A stretch of DNA of 64,000 nt from a candidate division FCPU426 bacterium. GTDB taxonomy: Bacteria; Oederibacteriota; Muellerivitia; Muellerivitales; Muellerivitaceae. The notes under the pieces were generated by a model. It made no database searches, had not been told where the DNA came from, and saw only the letters and a program-made list of their open reading frames with translations. Within the stretch, counting starts at the first letter, position 1. Each line of letters begins with the position of its first letter. Location of the stretch: assembly GCA_963738405.1 (NCBI GenBank), contig CAVTWJ010000016.1, positions 1 to 64,000 of the forward strand. Direction: 5' to 3'. Position numbers and translations under genes: made by a program. Positions 1 through 9,527 of the stretch are shown in pieces.

Positions 1-66
1 AAAGGCAGTATAAAAGACTTCGATTGAAACCCCAAACAAAAACGATAAAACGGCGAAGCCGAAAAA

Positions 67-288
67 TTAAACTGCGACAACTTCCTTGACCTGCGGGATT
101 TGTTCTTTCAGAATTTTTTCTACGCCCTGTTTGAGCGTCATCATCGAGCTTGTGCAGTGGACGCAAGCCCCCAAGAGTTTGACCCGTACCACTCCGTCCG
201 TTGAAACCGAAACCACCTCGATATTGCCGCCGTCGGCCTGAAGAATGGGGCGGATTTCATCGATGACTTGCTTGATCTTTTCCAGCAT
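67..288 (-). CDS. NifU/NfuA C-terminal domain Fe-S carrier protein
   Basis: IRPILQADGGNIE...LLGACVHC...TLKQGVE motif; start set at ATG 288 after AAGGGAG RBS. Confidence 0.9.
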   Translation of the reverse strand: MLEKIKQVIDEIRPILQADGGNIEVVSVSTDGVVRVKLLGACVHCTSSMMTLKQGVEKILKEQIPQVKEVVAV

Positions 289-338
289 GGTCTCTCCCTT
301 GCGTTGGCCCCGGTATTGGGAATTCCGTGGATCCGAGC

Positions 339-1112
339 CTAATCCCTCCACATCCCCTGCCCCCAGGGCCAGCCGATAAAGTGCTCAAAGTGCTCTTTTG
401 CCGTCAGGTCCAGTTGAAGGGGTGTCACGGAGACATAACCCGCCTGAACCTGCGCCACGTCGGTTTCGGGGTGTTCATCCTTAGGCTCATGGGGCGAGTC
501 GAGGATGTAGGAAAAATGGCCCTCAATCTCCAAATGGGGCTCCAAATCGTCAATATGGCGGAAGAGACCCTGGCGCGTCAATGAAACTCCCCGAATGTCG
601 CTGGCCCTCAAGGGCGGGACATTCACATTGAGAAAAACACCGGGCGGAAGAGGATGGGCCTGAATTTTCCGGCAAAGGTTAGCGGTAAAAACCGCCGCGG
701 TTGAAAAGTCTTTGGATTCGTGGGAAGTCAGGGAAACCGCCACCGAAGGGATACCTAAAAGAACGGCTTCGGCGGCGGCGGCGACCGTGCCCGAATAGAG
801 GATGAGGCTTCCAAAATTGGCGCCTTGGTTGATCCCCGAGATAATAAGGTCGGGTCTTTCAGGCATCAATTTAAGGACCGCCGTGCGCACACAGTCCGCC
901 GGCGTGCTGGAAATACGGTAGGCCTGGGAAGCGCCGGGCCAAGGCGCGCTGAGCACCCGAAAGGGTTCCCGAAGGGAGATGGAATGGCCGCTGGCGCTGG
1001 ACTGTTCATCCGGCGCGGAAATGGAAATTTTCCCAAGGGGGCGGAGCGCCTCAAACAAGGCCCTCAGGCCGGGCGCGTCAAACCCATCGTCGTTGGTGAG
1101 GAGTATCTTCAT
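339..1112 (-). CDS. surE: 5'/3'-nucleotidase SurE
   Basis: MKILLTNDDG, SGINQGAN, YSGTVAAA, VSVTPL motifs. Confidence 0.95.
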   Translation of the reverse strand: MKILLTNDDGFDAPGLRALFEALRPLGKISISAPDEQSSASGHSISLREPFRVLSAPWPGASQAYRISSTPADCVRTAVLKLMPERPDLIISGINQGANFGSLILYSGTVAAAAEAVLLGIPSVAVSLTSHESKDFSTAAVFTANLCRKIQAHPLPPGVFLNVNVPPLRASDIRGVSLTRQGLFRHIDDLEPHLEIEGHFSYILDSPHEPKDEHPETDVAQVQAGYVSVTPLQLDLTAKEHFEHFIGWPWGQGMWRD

Positions 1113-1192
1113 GGGGTTAGGATAGGCCCCGCGGCTTAAAGGGGCAACCATGACAAAGACTCAGGATGGCTCCCAAAGCACCGTTCCCTTAT

Positions 1193-3580
1193 TTAAAAAA
1201 GATTGCCCAGATTGAAATGGAGCACGCCCCCGGGAGGCGCCGCGGTCGCGGGAAGAGAGGAGGAAATCGGCCAGCCGTAATCAAGCCGGATGTCCATGAT
1301 GGTGCCCGGGATCGTTAATCTGACGCCGATTCCCGCCCCAAATTGAACCTGGTTTTCCCCCGAGAAAATGTTATAGGGAGTTGTCCAAGCGTCGCCCGAA
1401 TCGAAAAAGATCACTCCGCGAAGAGGGCCGGCAATGGGATGCTTCAGTTCGGTATTGGAGACAAAAAGGGCGTTCCCGCCCTGGACGGGTCCAATGGTTC
1501 TTTCGTTGTAGCCGCGGATGGTATCAGTGCCGCCGGCGTAAAATTTCTCGTAGATGGGAACGTCCGAGTAGCCACGGCCGGAAAACCAAAAGCCCTGGGC
1601 CGCACCAAAGCGCACATGCTCGCCGATGACGAAATCCAACGGCAGAGGGATAAAATGGCTTGTATCCTCAATCAACTTGACGAAATTGTTATCAGCGCCC
1701 AAGGGACCGCCGGCCACTTCCAAGGACAATTGATGCCGCCAGCCCGTATGGGGATCAAAATAATTATCCCGGTCGTCATAGGTCAGGCGGGGGGTCAAGC
1801 TGGACGTCGTGGAACTGGTGGCTTGGATATATTGCGAGGTTCCGGCGGTTTGGTAATATTGGCCCACGTCCTTGATTTGCACATTCTCAAGAAGGTAGGT
1901 CCCATTCACGGTCCAAAAGCGGCTTAAGCGTCGCCCCACGCTGATGGAACCGCCCAAGCTCACCTCCGTATAAAACTGTGTGGAACCATAAATGGGATCG
2001 GGTACGGCCGTCGTATAGATGCGGGTCGTGTCGAAGAAATTGAGGCCCAGCGAGGTTGGGGTGTTGAACAGCCAGGGCTCGGTAAAACCGATGTCAAAAC
2101 TGGTTTGGGAGGCCCCGAACTGCAGGTCCAAATTAACCTTCTGGCCTTTTCCAAAAAGGTTGGCTTCTTCCAATTTTAGGTTTCCAATAAAACCATCCAC
2201 GGAGCTGTAACCGCCGCCCAAGCTGATAGTACCGGTTTTGCGTTCTTTAATACGGAAAACAAGAATCTCTTTTCCCGGCGAGTCGCCGGGTTCCACCTCG
2301 GGGTTGACCTCATCGAAAAAGCCCAAGTTATAAAGGTTTCCGGCGGAAGCCTTGATCATGTCGGCCTCGAACTTATCCCCCGGCTTGATGAGCAGTTCCC
2401 TGCGAATCACGTAATCCTGAGTCTTGTAATTCCCCACAATTTTAATGTCCTGGACATAAGCCACCTGGCCCTCAATCACATTGAAAGTAAGATCGGCCTT
2501 TTTAAGGTCATCGTCATAGGCGATTTGCGGGGTCAAGCTTGCGTAAATGTACCCCTTATCGGCGTATAGGGTCTTCATTTTCTTGAGGCCGTCGTCCAAA
2601 TCCTTTTGCCTCAAAATATCCTTGGATGAGAGGTTGAGTGATTTTTTCAGATCGATATCATCGAATTGAACGTTTCCGTGGAATTGAACGTCCCCAAGGG
2701 TGTACTGGACGCCTTCCTCGACCGTGATATACAGATAAACCCTTTTTCGGGCCTCGCTTAATTTTTCCTTATGGTCCAGAACAATGGCTTTTAAATAGCC
2801 CTCATCGTGGTAAAAATCCTCAATCGCTTTGAGGTCGTCAGAAAGGGCCTCAGGCTGGTATTTTTCACCATCCCGGTTTTTCTTAATCTGATTGGCGACC
2901 TTTTGAGCGCTGAAGGCTTGGTTGCCGGTCACCGTGATATACCCCACCTTGATTTGGTCGCCTTCGGTGATGTCGATAATGACGGTCGCTTTATTCGTGT
3001 CGCTATTTAATTGGGAGGAGGAAGACACGAGAACGGTTGGATAACCCTCGTCCCGGTAGAGTTTGCGGATTCCGTCCAAATCGTCATTCAACTTGGCGGG
3101 GTCGAAGGCCTCCCCCGGGGAGGTTTTCATATCCTCTAGGAACTTGTGAGAATCCCATTTTTTGTTTCCCCGGAAAACAATTTCGCCCACCAGGGGACGT
3201 TCCTCGACCTTAAAGGTCACGATAAGTTCGCCGGGATGGTCGCCCTTTTGCACGTCAGCCTTGACGCTCGTGAAATCCCCCATGGCGAAAAGATTATGGA
3301 GATCCATCCGAATTTTGCGGAGGGAGAAGGAGTCACCTTCCTTTTCCGTAAGATGTCCAAAGAGTAGGAGGGCCGAAACGTTCTTATTACCTTCCACTTT
3401 CAAGGCTGAAATTTTGGCCGTGATGTCCTGAGGGGGCGCTGGGTTTTGGGCTTCAGCAGAAGAGCAACAGAGCAAAAGGGTTAAACCAGCCCAGGCGAGT
3501 ATAGGGGCAGGAAAAAATCTAAATATTTTATTGAGCAAAATCTTACACTCCAGAAGGTCTCCCCCAGTTGGGTCCATCAA
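1193..3580 (-). CDS. bamA: Outer membrane protein assembly factor BamA
   Basis: Five POTRA repeats (VEGNK, FRGNK, VTGNQ, FHGNV, IVGNY), barrel with IRGY motif, C-terminal Phe; true start probably slightly downstream. Confidence 0.93.
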   Translation of the reverse strand: MMDPTGGDLLECKILLNKIFRFFPAPILAWAGLTLLLCCSSAEAQNPAPPQDITAKISALKVEGNKNVSALLLFGHLTEKEGDSFSLRKIRMDLHNLFAMGDFTSVKADVQKGDHPGELIVTFKVEERPLVGEIVFRGNKKWDSHKFLEDMKTSPGEAFDPAKLNDDLDGIRKLYRDEGYPTVLVSSSSQLNSDTNKATVIIDITEGDQIKVGYITVTGNQAFSAQKVANQIKKNRDGEKYQPEALSDDLKAIEDFYHDEGYLKAIVLDHKEKLSEARKRVYLYITVEEGVQYTLGDVQFHGNVQFDDIDLKKSLNLSSKDILRQKDLDDGLKKMKTLYADKGYIYASLTPQIAYDDDLKKADLTFNVIEGQVAYVQDIKIVGNYKTQDYVIRRELLIKPGDKFEADMIKASAGNLYNLGFFDEVNPEVEPGDSPGKEILVFRIKERKTGTISLGGGYSSVDGFIGNLKLEEANLFGKGQKVNLDLQFGASQTSFDIGFTEPWLFNTPTSLGLNFFDTTRIYTTAVPDPIYGSTQFYTEVSLGGSISVGRRLSRFWTVNGTYLLENVQIKDVGQYYQTAGTSQYIQATSSTTSSLTPRLTYDDRDNYFDPHTGWRHQLSLEVAGGPLGADNNFVKLIEDTSHFIPLPLDFVIGEHVRFGAAQGFWFSGRGYSDVPIYEKFYAGGTDTIRGYNERTIGPVQGGNALFVSNTELKHPIAGPLRGVIFFDSGDAWTTPYNIFSGENQVQFGAGIGVRLTIPGTIMDIRLDYGWPISSSLPATAAPPGGVLHFNLGNLF

Positions 3581-3701
3581 GATGCACCGAAGGGGCCACG
3601 CAAAGGCGGTAATTCTAGCATGATAAAAGTGAAATGGGCAAACGAAACCCCTGCCGCCGGTTTGGACGGCCGAGGAGGCGGAAAGGGGCCGGGAAGACGC
3701 T

Positions 3702-6700
3702 TTAATCGGAGACGGCTGGAATTTTCAAAACCGTAAAGGCTTCATTACCGTTCGGATCCTTCGCGGAAATTTGTATTTTGTAATCCTGACTTTCGCTCAA
3801 ATTTTCAACGTCCATCTCGTGTTTGTAGCCCCAGCCCGATTTATCAGGGAGCACCTGAGTCATGGTTCCGGAGGAATCATAAACGCGAACCTCGCTCTTC
3901 GTGTACTTGTCCAAGGTCCAAACCAAATGATACTTTCCCTTTGGCAGTGGGTAAAAATCCGCCTGCTCGAAACGGGGTTTTTCTTTGTCACCTGGTTTGG
4001 GCGAGATGATATCGGGCAAGTACTCTTTATAGTTCAAATCGACCCGGGTTTCGGTTTGGTTGATATCATTTTGGCCGACTGAACCGCTCACGCTAAGTTT
4101 AGGCGTGAGGGAATAATCCAATCCAAATCTGCCCTGCCATTCCGCCGCGCCGCTGTAAATATCCCTTCCCACGCCCACGTCCGTTTCCACCGAAAGGCGG
4201 CGGTCGATGGGTTTTATCATTTGAAGCTGAACCAGCGGAAGGGCCGTTCCGGCCAGGGTGTTACCGTAGGGTTCAGGGGACTGGGTTCCGGGGGTCGGCA
4301 CCGAACTGGGCCCGGAACCGCCTCCAAGTGGATTACCCTTGACTTGGGCGTCGATCCCAAAGGTGCTGGAAAAGAAGGGCCGGATTTGGGAAGAAAGATA
4401 GTTCGTCCCAATACGGTTGACGGCATCAATCACCGCGGGAAGGACAACCTGACCGGCATTTTGCTGGTAAATCTGCTGGAGCTGCTGGCTGGAATAGGCC
4501 TGGCCTGAGTAACCCGTCATGTCCTTCCCGAATATGATGTACGAAAGAAGGACCTTTTGCTGGATATCCTTGTCGGTGGAACTGAAACGGGGGTTGGAAT
4601 CCAAAGTGAAATTAATATCCCCAAAGGTCCCTTTGAAGTTGACATAAACATCCATGTCAGTGTGTTGGACCGAACCGTTGGGGGTCATCAGTTCAACATC
4701 CAGAAATTTGTCCGAGGCGCTTCCCTCCATGACCGGCAATTTCCCTTCGGGTATATTGAGGTTAGCATCCTGAACCTTGAATTCGTGGCTCAGGTATCGG
4801 AGGGTTCCCTTACTGGACCCAGCCGTTCCATGGCATTTGATTCCAGCTACCTCAGGAGTCCTGTCCGAGTCCTTGCCCTCAAGGGTAATCACGTCCCCCG
4901 GGTCCACCTTGAGTTCCAGGTAGTTGGTATTGGAATCGTTGGTATACCATGTGTTTTTTCCCGAAACCAGATTCAACTCAAAGAACACATTTGCCAATTC
5001 TCGGAACTCGATCTTTTGGCCGTGCTCATCTAAGGTCTCCTCCGGGGGAAAGGTGTAATGTCCCGTGTCCAAAAGCGCGGTTCCAATGACATGAGGCTCG
5101 TGCATAGACCCGGTAATCAACATGGGGTCCTCCGGGGTCTGCCCGTAAAAATAAACCTCTCCCCATTCTCCCTTTCGCATGATGGTGGGGACATTCAGCC
5201 ATAGGCCGTGATCCCCTACGGTCCGTACCATGAAATCGAGGTATTGGGGAATGAAATTATCCAAAACCATCTTGGATTTTTCGATTGGGGGAGAGGTGAT
5301 AAAAACACGGCCTTGTCCCACCAGAAAATTGAGGTCCTCCACAGCCAATTTATTGTCACGGACCTTGATGCGTCCGTTGATGTCGTCAAGGGATTGGGCG
5401 ATCATGGAAGGAACCATTCGGCAGTTGGCAAGCCCCAGGTCCATTGAGGTTAAAACGGGGTTATCCAATGTTCCCTTCAGATGAGCGTTGAAATACATGG
5501 TCCCTTGGGCCTCCTTGGCCAAGCCCGCCGCCAATAGAAGGCTGAAATCGCCCTTGTCCATCTTCGCGGTAATGTCCATTTCACGGTTTTTAATCTCAGC
5601 GCGGGTGGTGGCGGTCAAAGCCAGCGGCAATTCTCCAAAAACAGAAAAATCATAAAGTCCGCTCCGGCTGATTTCCACCGGCGCCTCTTCGCTGCCTAGG
5701 TAAAGGGTGTCGTTTTTCGCCGAGAGACCAGCGGTAAAAAGATCGAATTTTAACTGTCCCACCTGCCCATCATTCACAGTAAGAGACGTGGTCATAAGGG
5801 GATGGGCCAAGGGACCATCAAAGACCATGTGGTAATTCGCCATTCCCGAGAGGGGAAAATCGGGCGTGACCCATTTGGCCACATCCTGAATGGGGATGCC
5901 CTTGGCGTCGGAAGTTAAATGGCTCTCGCCATTCAAATCGAGGGTTCCATCAACAGCGAAATCACCAGTGGAATTTAAAAGTTTTATCTGTTGAAAGATG
6001 ATCTTATCTGGTTGCGATAAGTCCAAAACGCCGACCAATTGCGCCTTCTGGACGGAAAGGGGAAGAAGTTCCAACACCTTATGTTTCACCCGAATATTCA
6101 GCTCAAAGGGATTCGATTTTGGCGCTGTGGGATCCGAATCCAAAATGGAGAGATTTCCGGCAAAGGTGGGTTTATCCTCGGTCTCAGCGAGATAAAGATC
6201 GCCAGCCAGGCTGATCCGGCTTGTCAAATGAAACAATGAAATCGAAAGATTCCGGGTGTTTCCAGCGAGAGAGAGCGAAAGGTGAGAGGCATCGGCGGGG
6301 TCAAAAACAAGGCTGCCCCGTTCAATGTTAATTTCACCCGTCGGAAGGGTCAATCGGGTTTTATCCACAAACAATCGGCCATCGTTATACCCGCAATGGA
6401 GATCACCTGTGGTGACCTGATCATCATCAAATTGAAGATTTTCAGCGTTCATCAAAAAATCAAAATTAAGATCGGACCAAGTTCCGCCCACCACAAGATT
6501 CCCTTTCAAAGAACCCCCCGCTCGGTGTTTGACTGGGTTCAAATCAGGAAAGAATAAAAGAAGACGGTCCAGGCTATCGTTAAAGGGTCCCTTGACCGCA
6601 ACTTTGCACTCAGGGTCCCAAAAGCCCTTCGGGGAATCCAAAGTGCCGGAAAGTTCATAGGCGGTTTTCTTGTTTTCCAACTTAAAAGCAGGCTCAAGAT

Positions 6701-9515
6701 GGGTCCTGCTCCCCGTGAAAGAAAAGCCCAAACTCTCAAAGGTGAATTTTTTGGAAATGGCGCCATCGGCGATTTGCAGGTCACCCTCTATAGGCAAGGT
6801 TTCCCAGGGACCGGGTCCAAAGTGCATTTTTCCCGAGAGGGTTCCATCCACTTTAAGGCCGGCAGGAAAAAACTGCGCCAATTCAGGCAAATTGGAAATG
6901 AGGGTGGGCGCGATGGCCAGGGAGCCCTTCAGCGGGGGGTTTTTCAGCCCTAAATTAAGGCTGGCCCGGCCCGAGAGGGCGTCCCCTAACTGAAACTTTC
7001 CCTCCAAAACCATGTCTTGAGTCACCGCATCGAGGGTCAAGCGAGAAAACGAAAAGGTGTTTTTGGCCCCGTCGCCCAAAGAAAAGACGTCGGACGAAAA
7101 CCGTCCTGTCCAGTTCTTAATCCAAGGTTCTCCGGTTTGAGCTTCCCAAAGAAAATTCCCGTTAAGGAAAGGCCCGTGACCGAGTTGAAAATTCTTGGCG
7201 AATAACCTCAGGTTCATTTGACCCGGCTGGGTATTCGTATCCCATGTTCCGCTGGCGATAAAACTATTCGCCCCTTGGGTGAGTTTGAATTTGCGGATGA
7301 GCAGTTTCCCCTGGTCTCGGTTCATGGAGGCTTCCAATTGGTCCGCCCACCAATCCCCTAATTTCAAGCGGGAGACCACCGCGTCGCCCTCCACAACCGG
7401 ATTTTTTTTCAATCCCGCCAAATGAAGGCGACCCGTCAAAATACCCTCCAAAGGCTGTGGGGTATTGGTCCAACCAGAGAGTTCAGCCAAGGTTGGAACC
7501 GGAATTCCCTGAGCTTGAATTTTTAAATCCAGGGGCGAAGCATCCTCCAAACCCAAAACTCCATGAATGGAAACAACTTGACCCAATTCGAGATCTTTAA
7601 AAACCAAGGATTCCGGGGTCCAGAGCAAATCCCCTGAAATGGAAGAGGAAGGGAGCGTGGCAACGGTAATGTTTTGTCCTGAAAGAAGCACTGCCACTGA
7701 TGGCTTATGCTTGGTTCCCAAAAACTGGGCGTTCATATCAACCCTGCCCTTTACATCCTGAAACCGTTCGCGAAACAGCGGAAGCTGTTCCAAGGCGATT
7801 CCTTTACCCTGGATCGTCAGGCCTAGGGGTTGGTCAGGGTCTTTGGGCCAGATGCCCGACGCTGTCAAGCGTCCTCCGTTTTTGGGAAAGGTGAGATCGG
7901 CTTTTTCAACCTTCCACCCATCGGGTGTTTCTTGGATCACGCCCTTCATCTGGTCTTGGCCGTTGATGGTGGAATTGAGGGTCAATACCCCATCCGCCAT
8001 CTTGATTGCGTTTTCCATTGAATAGGCGTCATGAGTATCAGTGGCGTCAAATTTGACGCTGTTCAGGGCTAAGAAAACCGGATTTTGAAGAGTGCCGGAA
8101 AGTTGAATCTGCGCTTCGGTTTTTCCGAAAAATTCCTTCCACCCGTAAGCCAGAAATAATTTTCCCGTGTCCAAATCTTTTAAATCGGCGGTAATGGAAA
8201 GGGGCGCGTCTTCCTGTCCGGTCACGCCGATTTGGCCCTGGGCAGAAAAAGTTCCTTCATAGAGGCTGCCCTCTAAGCGGGAGAACTGAAGGGTGCCGTC
8301 CTGGTAATGAGCCTGGGCCTTAAACCCATCCAGCACAATCTCCCCCAGCTTGGAGGTTCCTAATTCAGCATTACCCGTGATGAGGGGATTTTGAAAAGTT
8401 CCCTCCACGGTCAATAAAGCCTTTCCTTGACCTTGCCAGGACGGGCCTTTCAACTTAAGCAGACCCGAGGAAAGGCTGGAGAGTAATAGACCGTTTGTGG
8501 ATGCATTGACCTGGATAAGCCTTCCATCTAACGGCATCAAGCCATGCGCAGTCCAAGGCGTTCCGCTTGTACTAAAGGTTAAAACACCAGGAATCTCAAT
8601 CTCATTCGGTCGCACAGAAACCCTGCCGTTGATCTGGTCAAATGATGCCGCCAAAGGTTTGGGTGAAAGGATTGAAGCATCGTGCAAATCGGCCCGGGTG
8701 TCAAACCAAAGACCCCGGTCCGGTTGAAAAACCATGGGGCATTCGGCATCGATCTTGCCCCCCGTTAATTGCCAACCCGCAAGATCCTGGAGCACTAGTC
8801 CTGCCTGGGCAAGGGGCCACTCTTCAAGCGTGATTTTGCCTGAGACTTTTAATTGATCCATATGGAGGGCTCCGTTGAACCGCAGATATCCTCCGGCGGT
8901 GGGATCGGCCGGTTGAGCTGAAAAAACCAAAGACCAATCATTCCCATCGTTCGAAAAAGCTTCAAAATCCACTCCCGTCAAAAGGTTTTGCGGTTCCTTT
9001 CCCGCCTTGACCTGAAGTGACCCTTCTTTGATGAAAACCTTGGGGGCAGGAACCAAGAAAACAGGGAGTTTAAACGCCAGGGAAACCGGGAGAGGCGCGG
9101 AAACAGAATTGGATGAAACAGTAACCGGAATTTGAGATGCGACGCGAACCAAAGTAATTTGGGGCTTGATGATTGTTAGAGAACGAACGCAATTTTCCGG
9201 GGCTTTTTTCTTAAGCAATAGATTGAAGAGGTCAATGTTGACAGCGACTTGGCTTGCCTTCAAATGGACTTGCCAAGGTGAACCAGGCAAATCCATGGTG
9301 AGGTCGTTCAGAACAACCTCACCGGTAAGGTTTCCCCCCACCGATGAAAGCGATACAGGGCCCTGTGATACCTTTTCCAGCCCTTTGACGATCAGCGGCT
9401 TGAGTTCTACTTCAATTAGCCGATTGAAAAGAAGAAACATAAGGCCCAAAAAAGCCAATAGACCCATGGACCCCAAGAGCCAGCGAGGCCGACGGGGCCT
9501 GGAGGAGATGGCCAT
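3702..9515 (-). CDS. tamB: TamB/AsmA-like translocation-assembly protein with extra C-terminal Fn3-like domain
   Basis: N-terminal TM anchor, ~1900 aa of repeated 'GTxxxPxxxG' beta-taco motifs, 'LLSYIIFG' TamB C-terminal motif, directly upstream of bamA. Confidence 0.75.
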   Translation of the reverse strand: MAISSRPRRPRWLLGSMGLLAFLGLMFLLFNRLIEVELKPLIVKGLEKVSQGPVSLSSVGGNLTGEVVLNDLTMDLPGSPWQVHLKASQVAVNIDLFNLLLKKKAPENCVRSLTIIKPQITLVRVASQIPVTVSSNSVSAPLPVSLAFKLPVFLVPAPKVFIKEGSLQVKAGKEPQNLLTGVDFEAFSNDGNDWSLVFSAQPADPTAGGYLRFNGALHMDQLKVSGKITLEEWPLAQAGLVLQDLAGWQLTGGKIDAECPMVFQPDRGLWFDTRADLHDASILSPKPLAASFDQINGRVSVRPNEIEIPGVLTFSTSGTPWTAHGLMPLDGRLIQVNASTNGLLLSSLSSGLLKLKGPSWQGQGKALLTVEGTFQNPLITGNAELGTSKLGEIVLDGFKAQAHYQDGTLQFSRLEGSLYEGTFSAQGQIGVTGQEDAPLSITADLKDLDTGKLFLAYGWKEFFGKTEAQIQLSGTLQNPVFLALNSVKFDATDTHDAYSMENAIKMADGVLTLNSTINGQDQMKGVIQETPDGWKVEKADLTFPKNGGRLTASGIWPKDPDQPLGLTIQGKGIALEQLPLFRERFQDVKGRVDMNAQFLGTKHKPSVAVLLSGQNITVATLPSSSISGDLLWTPESLVFKDLELGQVVSIHGVLGLEDASPLDLKIQAQGIPVPTLAELSGWTNTPQPLEGILTGRLHLAGLKKNPVVEGDAVVSRLKLGDWWADQLEASMNRDQGKLLIRKFKLTQGANSFIASGTWDTNTQPGQMNLRLFAKNFQLGHGPFLNGNFLWEAQTGEPWIKNWTGRFSSDVFSLGDGAKNTFSFSRLTLDAVTQDMVLEGKFQLGDALSGRASLNLGLKNPPLKGSLAIAPTLISNLPELAQFFPAGLKVDGTLSGKMHFGPGPWETLPIEGDLQIADGAISKKFTFESLGFSFTGSRTHLEPAFKLENKKTAYELSGTLDSPKGFWDPECKVAVKGPFNDSLDRLLLFFPDLNPVKHRAGGSLKGNLVVGGTWSDLNFDFLMNAENLQFDDDQVTTGDLHCGYNDGRLFVDKTRLTLPTGEINIERGSLVFDPADASHLSLSLAGNTRNLSISLFHLTSRISLAGDLYLAETEDKPTFAGNLSILDSDPTAPKSNPFELNIRVKHKVLELLPLSVQKAQLVGVLDLSQPDKIIFQQIKLLNSTGDFAVDGTLDLNGESHLTSDAKGIPIQDVAKWVTPDFPLSGMANYHMVFDGPLAHPLMTTSLTVNDGQVGQLKFDLFTAGLSAKNDTLYLGSEEAPVEISRSGLYDFSVFGELPLALTATTRAEIKNREMDITAKMDKGDFSLLLAAGLAKEAQGTMYFNAHLKGTLDNPVLTSMDLGLANCRMVPSMIAQSLDDINGRIKVRDNKLAVEDLNFLVGQGRVFITSPPIEKSKMVLDNFIPQYLDFMVRTVGDHGLWLNVPTIMRKGEWGEVYFYGQTPEDPMLITGSMHEPHVIGTALLDTGHYTFPPEETLDEHGQKIEFRELANVFFELNLVSGKNTWYTNDSNTNYLELKVDPGDVITLEGKDSDRTPEVAGIKCHGTAGSSKGTLRYLSHEFKVQDANLNIPEGKLPVMEGSASDKFLDVELMTPNGSVQHTDMDVYVNFKGTFGDINFTLDSNPRFSSTDKDIQQKVLLSYIIFGKDMTGYSGQAYSSQQLQQIYQQNAGQVVLPAVIDAVNRIGTNYLSSQIRPFFSSTFGIDAQVKGNPLGGGSGPSSVPTPGTQSPEPYGNTLAGTALPLVQLQMIKPIDRRLSVETDVGVGRDIYSGAAEWQGRFGLDYSLTPKLSVSGSVGQNDINQTETRVDLNYKEYLPDIISPKPGDKEKPRFEQADFYPLPKGKYHLVWTLDKYTKSEVRVYDSSGTMTQVLPDKSGWGYKHEMDVENLSESQDYKIQISAKDPNGNEAFTVLKIPAVSD

Positions 9516-9527
9516 TGGGCCCTTCTT

